The position numbers and the translations under genes are program-made. The notes under the pieces are model-generated. The model made no database searches. It had not been told where the DNA came from and was given only the letters and a program-made list of their open reading frames with translations. Shown here in pieces: positions 35,422 through 45,810 of a DNA stretch of 64,000 nt. The stretch lies in the IMG/VR virus record IMGVR_UViG_3300050501_000292, one strand, 5' to 3'. The stretch is from a virus. How positions within the stretch are numbered: the first letter of the stretch is position 1; the number at the start of each line of letters is the position of its first letter.

Positions 35422-36767
35422 GCGAGCGCTCCGAACATCTTGGCGACCGCGTCGCCGGTCTCGGTGATGGACGCCCAGGCGTTGTTCGTGTTCCGCCAGG
35501 CCGGCTGCATCCGGGCGAACCGCTCGGCCTCGGTGACGGTCATGGCCCGGGTCGGCGACTTGGCGTCGGGCTTGAAGGCCAGCACCGGGGACCAGCCCTT
35601 ACCGAGGAAGTTGACCTGGTCGACGGGGACCTCGAGCAGCGACGAGATGGCCTGGCGTTGCGGCTGGAAGTAATCGCTGAGCTTGATGCCCTGGTCGACG
35701 ATGCGGCCGAGGTGCGGGAACCGGGCCTTCGCGAGTCGGGAGAACTGCGCCTCGACGGCGTCCATCGTGCCGGCGCCCGCGACCATGCGGTGCGCCCAGT
35801 CCCATGCCTGGCGGTCGGTGATCGGGATGAGCCAGCTCGTCGCCGACTTCTTGACGTCGGAGATCATCGTGCCGACGGCGCCGGTGTAGACGGCCTTGGG
35901 GTTGTAGCGCATCTCGGCGGCAATCGCGAGCTGGATCTCGGCGGGGTTCCACCCGAAGCGCAGCGCCTTGACGGCGAGCTGGGCGAGCCGGGGCTGGACG
36001 ATGACGACGCCGAACTTGCCGGCCTGCATCGCGATCGACAGGGCGGTTTCGTCGACGCGGCGTTCCGCGGTCGCCGGGTCCATGCCACGCAGCGCGTCCC
36101 ATTGCCGGGCCGACTCGGAGGTGGCCTGCCACCAGTGGGTCCCGGCCAGCGCGCCCTGCAACCGGGCCTGATCCCAGCCTTCGCGGGCGGCCCGGAGGAT
36201 GATGGGGCCGACCTCGGGGTGGTCCACGAACCAGCCGAGGTAGCCGTAGAGCGATTTGGCGCGGTCCGCGTCGGTGCCCTGGCTGATGTAGCCAAGGTCC
36301 TGGCCGGCACCCCCGTAGCCGCCACCGCCCCCGCCGCCACCGCCGCCACCGGACGCGTAGGCGCCGAGGGGGATCAGCAGCGCGCCGATGCCACCGCCAC
36401 GCCGGGTGACCGTGTTCGCCGCGTTCGTCGCCTCACCGAGGTGCGCCCGGTAGCGGCCCGACGTGTAGACGGTCCACGGCCGCCAGTTGGAGCCGCCCGA
36501 CGAGATGGCGAACATGGCCCGGGCGTTGATGACCGGGTCGTACAGCTGCGAGTTCGAGCTGATCCCGAACTGCCGGCGGCGCGCCGGGCCCATGCTGCCG
36601 AGCATGTTGATCTGCCACAGGCCGTAGCTATCGTCGGGCGGGTTCGGGTTGTGGGCCCGGGGGTTACCGCCGGATTCGCCGAGCCCGATGGCGACGGCCA
36701 TGATGAGCGCCTGGCCGCGCAGCCCCGCCTGGTAGGCGGCGGCAGCGAGAACGTCGGCGCCGGCCAT
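35418..36767 (-). CDS. Virion lytic transglycosylase (SLT-like) plus helical domain
   Basis: AI.LGESGGNP.A.N..SYGLWQIN..DP..NA.A..W..W; Gly-rich linker. Confidence 0.85.
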   Translation of the reverse strand: MAGADVLAAAAYQAGLRGQALIMAVAIGLGESGGNPRAHNPNPPDDSYGLWQINMLGSMGPARRRQFGISSNSQLYDPVINARAMFAISSGGSNWRPWTVYTSGRYRAHLGEATNAANTVTRRGGGIGALLIPLGAYASGGGGGGGGGGGYGGAGQDLGYISQGTDADRAKSLYGYLGWFVDHPEVGPIILRAAREGWDQARLQGALAGTHWWQATSESARQWDALRGMDPATAERRVDETALSIAMQAGKFGVVIVQPRLAQLAVKALRFGWNPAEIQLAIAAEMRYNPKAVYTGAVGTMISDVKKSATSWLIPITDRQAWDWAHRMVAGAGTMDAVEAQFSRLAKARFPHLGRIVDQGIKLSDYFQPQRQAISSLLEVPVDQVNFLGKGWSPVLAFKPDAKSPTRAMTVTEAERFARMQPAWRNTNNAWASITETGDAVAKMFGALA

Positions 36768-36768
36768 G

Positions 36769-37788
36769 TCACACCGTCAACCGGGGCACGTCGACGGGAG
36801 CGCCGAGCATCTGGAGCAGGTTGGCGTACTGGATCGCGACGTCGTGGGCGCCGGCCTCGCCGGGGTTCTCCTGGCGGAGCAGCGCCTCGGCGGTCGCGGC
36901 CTCGTCGGGGGCGGCGTACTCGACGACGCTGTCGCCCGCGGTGGGGAAGTCGTTGCCGAGACCGAGCTCTGAGGGCACGTCGACGGCGCCGGAGTAGTCG
37001 CCCCCGAGCGTCGCTGTCGCCTGGCCCCGCTGGATCGCGGTCTGGCCCCGGCGCTGGATGTCGTGAATGACCGAAATGATCATCTGCTGCTCGGCGGGGT
37101 TGGCACGCCGGCCGAGGGCCGCGGTGGCCGCCCTGTCTGCGGTGGCCCGCAGCGCGTTGGGGTCCGACAGCATGATCTGGATGAGGTCACCCTGGCCGGT
37201 CTCCGAGTCGAGGTAGTCCTCGAGCGCGGCGTCGTCGCCGGAGCGGAACACGTCGTTGAAGGTCTCGGGGTCGAGGCCGGCGGATTCGGCGGCCCGGTCG
37301 AGCACCTGGGTGTAGGTGATGTCCTCGCCGGCAGCGTTGAACCGGGCGGTGCGCTGGATGAGCTGCGCCCACGCCGCGAAGGAGTCCTCGTCGGCTTCGC
37401 CCCAGCGGACATCGGTGACGTCCATGTCACCGTAGAAGCCACCCGCGTAGAGGAGCGCCTGGATGCGCCGCATGTGCGATGACGACATCCGGTAGAAGCG
37501 CTGGAGCAGCTGGCCGACCGTCGAGTACTGCATCCCGCCGGGCTGCGGGGCACCGATCTGGCCGCCGAGACCGGGCGGCGACGCTCCAGGGCGACCACCG
37601 ACACCGGGGGGCGGAGGCGGCGGCCGGTACTGGGTGGCGACGCGCTGGTCGACGCCGATCTCGCCCATGAAGACGTCGAAGCCCGAGCCGCCGCCACCAC
37701 CGCCTTCGATGAGGACGTTCGGGTCGATACCGAGTTCGTTGAGCTGCTCGACGAGCTCGGGCGGGATCTGGGGCGGGTTCGGTGGCAT
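36769..37788 (-). CDS. Putative internal virion protein
   Basis: AGGAG RBS; in the core cluster. Confidence 0.55.
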   Translation of the reverse strand: MPPNPPQIPPELVEQLNELGIDPNVLIEGGGGGGSGFDVFMGEIGVDQRVATQYRPPPPPPGVGGRPGASPPGLGGQIGAPQPGGMQYSTVGQLLQRFYRMSSSHMRRIQALLYAGGFYGDMDVTDVRWGEADEDSFAAWAQLIQRTARFNAAGEDITYTQVLDRAAESAGLDPETFNDVFRSGDDAALEDYLDSETGQGDLIQIMLSDPNALRATADRAATAALGRRANPAEQQMIISVIHDIQRRGQTAIQRGQATATLGGDYSGAVDVPSELGLGNDFPTAGDSVVEYAAPDEAATAEALLRQENPGEAGAHDVAIQYANLLQMLGAPVDVPRLTV

Positions 37789-38234
37789 TAGTACGACTCC
37801 TGGAGCGCGGTCGACTTATGTGCAAGCCAAGCAATCGCCCGACGAAGAAGTTCGGGGTCATCTCGGAACTTGCCAAGTGCCGTATTGCAGTTTGTGCAGA
37901 GAAGCCCTCGGATGCGTCCCGTTAGATGGTCATGGTCGACGGCAAGGCGCGTGTGGTTCCCCACTGGAAGCCCTTGGCAGATTCCGCAAACCCCATTCTG
38001 ACGTTCGAGTATGACCTCATACTCGCCGGGTTCAAGTCCGTACTTCCCCGAGCGTTGCCACTGCTTGGTCAATGTGTTCTGACACGTCTTGCAAGAGGAT
38101 TGGTGACCACCACCCTGTCGTCTCGCCCTATGGAAATCCGTAAGCAACTTCACGCGTTTACACGTGCGGCATCGCTTCTTCCCCAGAGAGCGCAACTTTC
38201 GTTGAACCCTGCGATCAAGCGGCAACAGGGTCAT
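37788..38234 (-). CDS. Endonuclease VII-family HNH nuclease
   Basis: CRTC..CKTC; QNGVCGIC..LAVDHDH.TG.IRGLLC..CN.ALG; lower GC. Confidence 0.9.
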   Translation of the reverse strand: MTLLPLDRRVQRKLRSLGKKRCRTCKRVKLLTDFHRARRQGGGHQSSCKTCQNTLTKQWQRSGKYGLEPGEYEVILERQNGVCGICQGLPVGNHTRLAVDHDHLTGRIRGLLCTNCNTALGKFRDDPELLRRAIAWLAHKSTALQESY

Positions 38235-41200
38235 GCTCCAACTTTCTATAGTAAAGATCGGCGAACTCGGGGTTGCGCTCGACGAGGGCCCCGACCGCGG
38301 ACTGCCACATCAGCGCGATGTCCTGGTTCGCGGTCGAGTCGAGGCTGTGCGACTCCCGGACGGTCAACACGGCCGAGATCGCGTCGCGGATCCGGAGGTA
38401 CTCGGCGAGGCCGGCGATGTCGGGGCGGCCCGACAGGCTGTCCTCGGTGGTGAGGGCGCGGGCGCCTTCGATGCGGGTCTGCCACTTCGAGGCATCGGTG
38501 ACGGCGTACTCCTGATACCAGGCCGGATACTTCGCGGCGAGCGAGGTGACGATCGCGTCCTTGATGAGGCGCAGGTCTTCGGCCGCCTTGACCTGCATGT
38601 TCGGCAGGCCCCGGGCGACCCGCACGGTCTCCAGCAGGTCGGAGAGTCGCGAGTACTGGGCCCAGCCGAGCCGGATCTGGGGGCCGTCGAGGATCTCGTC
38701 GGGTTCGAGCCGGCGCCGTTCGCCCCGGGCCATCTGGCGGTCGTAGACGGCCCGGGAGAACTGGGCCGCGGTGCCGCCGCCGTCGTAGCCGGCGATGACC
38801 CCGCCCCACTCGGGGTAGGCGGTGATGAGGTCCCCGTAGCGTTCGCTGGCCTCGAGGCCCTCCACGGTGGGCGGCACCCCGTTGACCGACTCGGTGAACG
38901 CCTGGGTGAGAGCGAAGTACTCCTCGCCGAAGGTGTTGAGGAACACGTCGTCGGCGGTGTTGGCGCGATCACCTGCGGCCGGCTCGGCAGGGAGGCCCTG
39001 GACCCCGGGGACGTCGAACTCGCCGCCGATCCGCCGGGCCAGTTCGTAGTCGCCGTCGCGCAGCGCCCGGTAGATGTCGATGTAGGGCTTGTAGGGCGAC
39101 TCGTAGAGCGGGGCGACCGGCGAGACGTAGCCGGTGAACATCCGCAGCGCCATGAACGCGTCGGTCTCCTTGTCGACCGACTCGAGGAACTCGGCTCGGG
39201 CCGCCGGGTCCGAGAAGTCAACCATCGGCAGATCGCCGGTCTGCATCTGGGTGAGCTTCGTCACCAGGATGCGGGCCTGGGCGTTGGCGCGTGCCCCACC
39301 CTCGTCGTTGCCGCTGGCGGCCAGGGCTCGCTTCACCGACGGCGGGGTGAAGGCGTCGACGGGGCCGGAGACCGGGCCGAACGGGATGATGAAGCGGACC
39401 GAGTCCTCGAGCGACGGGTTGGCCTTCACGGCCTCGGAGACACCGAGCTGCACAATCGGGCCGAAGCCGGGGGTGCCCTGCGCGACGAGGTTGAAGCCCT
39501 TCTTGTCCAGGAAGATGTAGCCCTGGCTGTCGAGCGCCGAGTGGAACACGCCCTGGTTGACGAGGGCCTTCGCGAAGCCGGGGATGCGGATGCGCAGGAA
39601 GTTGTTGCCCCGGTCGTCGGTGTAGGTCCAGCCGAGCCGGTCGGGCGCCTGCCAGACCTCCTTGGCTCGAGCGATGAACAGCGGGTTCTCGATCGCCAGG
39701 CCGGTCCAGCGGGTGAGGACCTCCTGCCACGCGTTGTAGAAGGGCATGAGCAGGCGGGTCATGGAAGCGAACTCGGACTGCTCGGCGAGGTCGTAGAGCA
39801 GGTAGCGGGTCTCGCGCAGCGCGAAGGCACGGGCCTGGTTCTCGAGGTTGTTGATGAGCTTGCCGGACACCTGGCCGGGGGCGAGCGTGGAGAACAGCCG
39901 GCGGACCTCGGCGTTGTAGAACCGGGCGAACGTCGGGTTGCGGGACAGGCTGTCGGTGGCCATCGTGCCGAGGATCTCAAAGGCGTTGTCGACGAAGCCG
40001 TTGATGAGCTGGTTGATAGGGGAGCGGGCCTGGAGCTGCTCGGTCTCGGCGCCGTGGACGGGGGAGCGCCGCGCCTCGGGGATCTGGTCGAGGAGCTTCT
40101 GCACCTGGGCGTCGTCGGCCTTCTCGGACAGATCGAGGAACGCCTGCTTGACCCCGTCGATGCCGCCGGTGTACGCCTCGACCTGGTTGGCGTACGCCTC
40201 CACCCATGCCCGGTGGTCGGAGCGCCACGGCACCATCGCCGCGTAGCGCCTGCCTTCCATCGTGTTGTCGAGCCAGTCGAGCACCTCGTCGGTGGACTTG
40301 CCGGCGAGGAACTGGCGGCCCATCCTGTCCTGGCCGATCTGGTAGCGGAGGTTGCGGGCCCACTCGGACCGGTAGACAGCATTGGCCTGGTCGGACTCGC
40401 CCCACACGTAGGTGCGGTAGCGGCTGGGGTCCCGCTTGAGCGCGCCGAGGAACCGGTTCTCGTGCCGCCCGAACAGCTCGTCGACGGCGCCACGTGCCGA
40501 GACGTGGGCCCGATAGAACTCGGCCGAGGAGCCGGCGTCGCCGAAGGGGCCCGAGAGGCTGTGGCCGCCGAAGCGCACGTTCGTCCAGCCGGCCTCCTCG
40601 ACGTCGGCCATGGCCCGCACCAGCTTGTTGCCGAGCGCGCCGCCGGCCATCGCTCCGAACGGCCCGGCGACGAGGCCCCCGGCCGCGGCTGCCCCTACGG
40701 TGGAGAGCCGCTGGCCGAGCCGCTCGTTGGAGTCGACGCGCAGCACCCGGCGGATGATCGGGTTCTCCTTGAGCGCCGCCATGTAGTTGTGGAGGGCGTC
40801 GCGGTGGCCGAGCATGACGGACAGGGCGCCGAACTTGGCCATCATGCGCAGCTGCTCGTCGCCGACGACCCGCAGGGTCCACGCCGGACGGAGCAGGACC
40901 GCCGGCCGCCAGACCTCCATGACCCCGCGCAGGGCGTCGAGCCCGTACTCCTTGGCGGTCCAGGCCGGGGAGGCGCCCCGAGTGATCGCCGAGCGCCAGT
41001 CGTCGCCGTACTTGAGCCGGGCGTAGCGGGCGGCGTGCTTGCGCAGCAGGTGGAAGTTCGGGACCGCCACGGTGTTCTGGAGCTGCGTGACGCTGAGCGG
41101 GAGCTCGATGTCGAGCATCTCGTCGCCGTCGTGGAATCGGACCCGGGCCCGGCCTTCGGCGTCGTACTTGGCGCCCCGGATGAGGGACTGGGCCTGGTTG

Positions 41201-43164
41201 CGGCCGAGGTGGGCGTGGGCAAGGATCTCGGCGATCTCGTCGTCGTCGAGGCCGTGGTCGGCGAGGATGCGGCGCTCGGACCGATCAACCCACCGCTCGA
41301 AGGCAGCGCCGCGCTGGACGGGGTCGAGGGCCATGAACTGCCCCCGGGCCTGCGCCATCGCGATGTCGTCGTAGCCGGCTTCGCGCATCATCCGGGTGAG
41401 GTGCGCGTCGGCGGCCGAGTCCTCGGCGTTGACGATGTGGTGAGGCCGCATGTCGCTGACGAGCCGGACGGCCTTGCCCACGCGTGACGTCTGGTAGAAG
41501 GACGACGACTTGATGACGTTGCGGATCTGCTCACCGCGGGCGAAGGTCGGTCCGGCCGGCAGCGAGCCGTACGCCTGGGCCAGCCGCTCGTTGCGGACCT
41601 GCTCGGTGACGACGCCATCGATCTCCTCGCCGATGCGGGACAGCCGCTCGCTGTAGTTCCGCCAGTCGGCATAGAGGGGGTCGACGCGGTCGGGGTCGAC
41701 GAGGCGCATCATCTGGGAGGTGAACCGGCCGCCGAGCGGCGTGAGGGCCATGACCGCGGGCTCGGCCCGGATGGTTGCCTGGTCGAGCATCAGGTCCGTC
41801 ATCCGCTGGCCGAGCGCGTAGTTGGAGCGGCCGAGGGCTTCGAGGCCCCGCATGTCGCCGAGCGCTACCCGCATCACGGCTTCCCGCTCGGCGGGGCCCT
41901 GCGCCTCGGCGAGGTAGCGGCCCAGGATGTCGCCGCGGTGGTGGGTGGGGAACAGGCGGTCGCGGATCAGGCCGGCCCGGGTGTCGACGTCGGTGGGGAG
42001 CGTTTCGATGAAGTCGTCGACGCGCCGCCAGCCGGGCGTGCTGAGCACCTGGCCGACGACGCCTTTGCGGGGCGGCGCCGCGAAGTACGAGTCGATGTCG
42101 GCCCGGAGCGCTTCGGCGAGCCGGCCCCGGAACGCTGACGGCGCGGCCACTTCCCCGGCGGCGATGCGGGCCTCGCTGGCACGCCGGCTCTCGACGACGT
42201 TCTGGAGGACGCCGATCTCGGTGGGGTCGCTGGAGCGCCGGGCCCGATCGGCGAGGGCTTCGGTGCGGAGCTGCCGGCGGGTGGTCTCGAGCCGCTCCAG
42301 TCGGGAGATGTCGGCCCCGGTGAAGTCCCGCTCGGACCCGACGATCGCCTGGATGCCGCTGGGGAGCCGCTCGTAGGTGCGGTCGATCGCGTTGTTGATG
42401 GCGGTGATCCGTTCGGCGAGGCGAAGTCGGCCGCCGGAGCCGCTCTCGACGAGCTGGCCGAGGCGCTCGGCGCGCTCACCGATCTGAGGGGCGGTCCGTT
42501 CGGCGATGCTGCCGAGGAGGCCGCCACGTGCCGCGCCGAGGCTCGCGGCCCGGTACGCACCGCCGGCCTTGAGCGCCACGACGTCAGGGGACAGGAACAG
42601 TCGGCCGAGCGCGTCGAGGGTCCCGGACGCGGACTGGTAGAGGTCCGTGCCCATGAAGCGCTCGACCTCCTCCTCGTCGAGGATGTCCTTCGCCATGAAC
42701 GCCAGGGTGATCGCCTGGCCAGGGGAGCGATGCTCGGCGATGTGGTCGGCGACCCGCCAGGTGTCGGGGTCGAACAGGGTCTCGAGCGAACCTCGACCCT
42801 CCTGGTAGCTGGGCGACGACGCGAGCGACGTCGCCGTCGCGAACGTCGAGATGGGCTCGGCGACGCCTTCCCGGTAGGCGGTCTCGAGGCCCGTCTGGAT
42901 GCCGTGAACGGGGCCGCGGAGGTGCTCCCGGCCGGGGATGCCGCCGATGACGGCGCCGAGGCCCTCCTGGGGGCCGAGCAGGTTGCCGAATAGCTGGCCG
43001 GTCCGGGACATCGTCGTCGCGTTGATTGTGCCGAGGATGCCGTCGACGTCGTCGTCGACGAACGGCGCCCGGGTCAGGTCCCAGACGAGACCGAGCGGGG
43101 CCTGGACGGCACCTCCAACACCTGTCACCACGTCGTGCAGGCGGTCGAGCGGACCCCAGCCCAC
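38215..43164 (-). CDS. Large internal virion/DNA-ejection protein (1649 aa)
   Basis: Size, helical composition and position after the portal in a podovirus-like layout. Confidence 0.65.
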   Translation of the reverse strand: MGWGPLDRLHDVVTGVGGAVQAPLGLVWDLTRAPFVDDDVDGILGTINATTMSRTGQLFGNLLGPQEGLGAVIGGIPGREHLRGPVHGIQTGLETAYREGVAEPISTFATATSLASSPSYQEGRGSLETLFDPDTWRVADHIAEHRSPGQAITLAFMAKDILDEEEVERFMGTDLYQSASGTLDALGRLFLSPDVVALKAGGAYRAASLGAARGGLLGSIAERTAPQIGERAERLGQLVESGSGGRLRLAERITAINNAIDRTYERLPSGIQAIVGSERDFTGADISRLERLETTRRQLRTEALADRARRSSDPTEIGVLQNVVESRRASEARIAAGEVAAPSAFRGRLAEALRADIDSYFAAPPRKGVVGQVLSTPGWRRVDDFIETLPTDVDTRAGLIRDRLFPTHHRGDILGRYLAEAQGPAEREAVMRVALGDMRGLEALGRSNYALGQRMTDLMLDQATIRAEPAVMALTPLGGRFTSQMMRLVDPDRVDPLYADWRNYSERLSRIGEEIDGVVTEQVRNERLAQAYGSLPAGPTFARGEQIRNVIKSSSFYQTSRVGKAVRLVSDMRPHHIVNAEDSAADAHLTRMMREAGYDDIAMAQARGQFMALDPVQRGAAFERWVDRSERRILADHGLDDDEIAEILAHAHLGRNQAQSLIRGAKYDAEGRARVRFHDGDEMLDIELPLSVTQLQNTVAVPNFHLLRKHAARYARLKYGDDWRSAITRGASPAWTAKEYGLDALRGVMEVWRPAVLLRPAWTLRVVGDEQLRMMAKFGALSVMLGHRDALHNYMAALKENPIIRRVLRVDSNERLGQRLSTVGAAAAGGLVAGPFGAMAGGALGNKLVRAMADVEEAGWTNVRFGGHSLSGPFGDAGSSAEFYRAHVSARGAVDELFGRHENRFLGALKRDPSRYRTYVWGESDQANAVYRSEWARNLRYQIGQDRMGRQFLAGKSTDEVLDWLDNTMEGRRYAAMVPWRSDHRAWVEAYANQVEAYTGGIDGVKQAFLDLSEKADDAQVQKLLDQIPEARRSPVHGAETEQLQARSPINQLINGFVDNAFEILGTMATDSLSRNPTFARFYNAEVRRLFSTLAPGQVSGKLINNLENQARAFALRETRYLLYDLAEQSEFASMTRLLMPFYNAWQEVLTRWTGLAIENPLFIARAKEVWQAPDRLGWTYTDDRGNNFLRIRIPGFAKALVNQGVFHSALDSQGYIFLDKKGFNLVAQGTPGFGPIVQLGVSEAVKANPSLEDSVRFIIPFGPVSGPVDAFTPPSVKRALAASGNDEGGARANAQARILVTKLTQMQTGDLPMVDFSDPAARAEFLESVDKETDAFMALRMFTGYVSPVAPLYESPYKPYIDIYRALRDGDYELARRIGGEFDVPGVQGLPAEPAAGDRANTADDVFLNTFGEEYFALTQAFTESVNGVPPTVEGLEASERYGDLITAYPEWGGVIAGYDGGGTAAQFSRAVYDRQMARGERRRLEPDEILDGPQIRLGWAQYSRLSDLLETVRVARGLPNMQVKAAEDLRLIKDAIVTSLAAKYPAWYQEYAVTDASKWQTRIEGARALTTEDSLSGRPDIAGLAEYLRIRDAISAVLTVRESHSLDSTANQDIALMWQSAVGALVERNPEFADLYYRKLEHDPVAA

Positions 43165-43704
43165 CTACGTCTCCGTGGTGGCGTAGTAGTCGGCGGGGAG
43201 CTGGGAGCGAAGCCGTCGGTAGTACTGGCGGACCTGGGGCGACGACCCGGGCGACGACGCGAGGAGGCCGAGCGCGGGCAGCCACCGCGCCCACAGAGCG
43301 ATGGACGGGTCCTGGCCGGTGGTGGCCAGCGGCGGCAGCGAGCCCGAGCCGGGCCCGGTTCCGACGTCGAGGCCGGCGGTGACCGGTTCGGCAGGCCGGG
43401 CCGAGTCGGCGGTGAGGAGGCCCTGGCCGGGGGACTGCGCGGCCTGGGCGGCGGCGACGAACGCGGCCATCGGGTCCTGGGCCTGCGCCTCCATGGGCGC
43501 CGGGGCACCACCGCCGCTGGACATCATCGCCTCGGGGGAACGGTCGGGCAGCGCCACGGCGCCTTGGAGAGCGGCGTTGCGGGCCCGCTCGCCGTAGGCG
43601 GCGCCCGTGAAGTTCCGCTGTGGCTGGGTGGGCCCACCGGGTGCAGCGACAGGCGGCAGGTCGGTGCGGTTCTGCCGTGGGCCCGGCTTGCGGTTACGCG
43701 GCAC
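43165..43704 (-). CDS. Pro/Ala-rich protein after the portal
   Basis: Overlaps portal stop; abuts the next gene. Confidence 0.6.
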   Translation of the reverse strand: MPRNRKPGPRQNRTDLPPVAAPGGPTQPQRNFTGAAYGERARNAALQGAVALPDRSPEAMMSSGGGAPAPMEAQAQDPMAAFVAAAQAAQSPGQGLLTADSARPAEPVTAGLDVGTGPGSGSLPPLATTGQDPSIALWARWLPALGLLASSPGSSPQVRQYYRRLRSQLPADYYATTET

Positions 43705-45613
43705 TGGTCGCCCCCGGCTGGGCCATCGCCCCCGGCTGGGACATCAGCGCCGCGGCGACCTGGTCGAACTGCTCGACGGGGGTCCCGGGGGGCGCGCCCG
43801 CCTGGGGCATGGCCATCTCACCTCCGGCGCCAGGGGCGTTCAGGCCGGGCATCGCCTCGGGCGGCGCGACCATGCCCTGCTCGGGCGCGGGGGCCTCGGT
43901 GGCCTGGCGCTCCTGGGCCTCCTCCTGCGCCTCGGCGATCGCGACCTCGATCGTCAGGCCGGAGCGGACCTTCTCCCGGACGATGGCCAGGTCGGTCCAG
44001 GCGAGCTGCCCGGAGCGCACGAGCTCCACAGCGACCATCACGATCGCGTCGTCGAGGGACTCCTCGATCATGTACCGCTCCTCGCCGACCTCGTCGTCGA
44101 CGAGCGGATGCTTCTTCATGCCGGTGCGGCGCGACAGCATCCGGGCCTGGTTGAGGCTCGCGATGGCGATGGTGGCGTTCTGGGCGTCCATCCCCGGCAT
44201 CGGGTAGGAGACCACCGACTCCTTGGTCTCGGCCCAGATCTTCTCGGGGACGAAGCTGACGTGGCGGTTCGCGCCCGCCCAGCCGGAGAAGACGGTGTAC
44301 TTCCGGCGTGGCCAGTAGCCCTCGAAGATCGCGGCTGTGGCCTCGTTCATGACGCCGAGCGCGTAGCCCATCGTGTGGTGCGCCTCGGTGAGCCGGGGGT
44401 CGACGGAGTAGCCGGCCAGCTGGCTGATCGTCTGGCCCGAGCGGACCGAGCCCTGGAACTCGCCCTGGAAGACCGACGGGTTGCCGGTCGACAGCCGGGC
44501 CGAGCGCTCGAGGTCCGACAGGAGGGTCTGCGCGGCCGGCGACGGCTGCTGGGTGAGCGTCGTCACGGCCTTCGTGTTCGAGAGCAGGTTCGCCTCGCCC
44601 GACCGGCCGTCCTTGAACGTGCCGCCCTCGACCTCGGGGGTCTGGCCGTTCTCGCCGACGACGACGATGTGCGGGAACACGCCCTTCTCGGCCGAGATGA
44701 AGTTCAGGGCCGCGAGCTTGTTCATCAGGTCGGTGGTCGGCACGATGCGCGAGATGGCCGAGACCAGCCGGTCCAAGGTGACCTGCTGGGGACAGACCGC
44801 CGGGACCATGCCAGCCCGGTTCGGGTAGGCCCGCACGAGCAGCGTCTCATCCATCGGGGCGTCGCCGATCGTCGAGTACATGCCCGAGGAGTCCCAGCGC
44901 CGGCCACCGGACTGCGAGCTGCGCCGGCCGATGACGCCGACCATGCACCACTGGCCGTCGGTCCAGTCGAGGACATCCCACAGGTCGTTGTCGGCCGAGG
45001 TGTAGTCGTCGATGAACGCCGCGGCCTCCGGGTAGGTCTTCCTGATCCACTGCGGCGACCGGCCGTAGATGAAGCCGATGTCGGCCGGAGCCCGGATCTC
45101 GTCGTTGCCCATCGGCTCGGGGTAGGCGAGCATCGGGTCCCGGGTCGCGATCCGGGGCCGGTTCACCTCCCGGCCGTACTGGTCGCGGTGGACGGGTTCG
45201 GCGAACATGCAGAACGTCGCGTAGCCGAACAGCTGGCGGTACGACCGGCCCATCACCAGCGGCAGCTTCGAGTAGTGGTAGGTGGCCCCCCACGCGTGAC
45301 GGCGGGAGTCGGCCCGGTTGCGGTGCAGGTCGACTTTCGGGTCGACCGCCGGCGCGGTGATGACCGGCGTCGTGTCGTTCGCCTTCGTCGCGAAGCCGTC
45401 GATCGAGTCGGCGATGATCGACGCCGCGATCGCCGGGAAGTCGGGCTCGCCGTCGACGTCCTCGAGCGGGAAGACGATCGCGTTGTTGTACCGCTCGGCG
45501 GCCTCCATCATCTGCCGCTTGCCGGGTGTGTCCATGAGCCGGCGGTGCTGGACCACGGAGACGGCGTCGTGCCAGCGGTCCTCGAACCCGGCGAAGCGCT
45601 CGACGGCAGGCAT
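43694..45613 (-). CDS. Portal protein
   Basis: 639 aa from TGATG-coupled ATG 45613; downstream of terminase; low-complexity tail. Confidence 0.72.
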   Translation of the reverse strand: MPAVERFAGFEDRWHDAVSVVQHRRLMDTPGKRQMMEAAERYNNAIVFPLEDVDGEPDFPAIAASIIADSIDGFATKANDTTPVITAPAVDPKVDLHRNRADSRRHAWGATYHYSKLPLVMGRSYRQLFGYATFCMFAEPVHRDQYGREVNRPRIATRDPMLAYPEPMGNDEIRAPADIGFIYGRSPQWIRKTYPEAAAFIDDYTSADNDLWDVLDWTDGQWCMVGVIGRRSSQSGGRRWDSSGMYSTIGDAPMDETLLVRAYPNRAGMVPAVCPQQVTLDRLVSAISRIVPTTDLMNKLAALNFISAEKGVFPHIVVVGENGQTPEVEGGTFKDGRSGEANLLSNTKAVTTLTQQPSPAAQTLLSDLERSARLSTGNPSVFQGEFQGSVRSGQTISQLAGYSVDPRLTEAHHTMGYALGVMNEATAAIFEGYWPRRKYTVFSGWAGANRHVSFVPEKIWAETKESVVSYPMPGMDAQNATIAIASLNQARMLSRRTGMKKHPLVDDEVGEERYMIEESLDDAIVMVAVELVRSGQLAWTDLAIVREKVRSGLTIEVAIAEAQEEAQERQATEAPAPEQGMVAPPEAMPGLNAPGAGGEMAMPQAGAPPGTPVEQFDQVAAALMSQPGAMAQPGATSAA

Positions 45614-45810
45614 CAGGGGACCCCCCAGTGCGTGAGCCACACGTGGTCGACCCACAGGTAGGCGGGCAGCGCGGTGAAGACCAGGGCCCGGACGGGCACC
45701 GGGGTGGCCCTCACCATGCGGGTGATGGTCGGAAGCCGGCTGGTGCGGACCGCCACCCACTCGTAGACGGCGGCCAGCACGCCGATGGACGCGAGGACGA
45801 GGCCGAGCAT
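45613..45810 (-). CDS. Small membrane protein
   Basis: TGATG overlaps; two hydrophobic segments. Confidence 0.6.
   Translation of the reverse strand: MLGLVLASIGVLAAVYEWVAVRTSRLPTITRMVRATPVPVRALVFTALPAYLWVDHVWLTHWGVP

Noticed and set aside
38233-41487. 1084-aa plus-strand ORF
   Set aside because: Antisense shadow of the 1649-aa virion gene.
38215-43164. Tape measure protein
   Set aside because: No tail tube, chaperone frameshift pair or tape-measure repeats recognised; position fits an internal virion protein.
43711-43748. Short tandem repeat in the portal 3' end (QPGAMAQPGA)
   Set aside because: Ordinary low-complexity coding tail.
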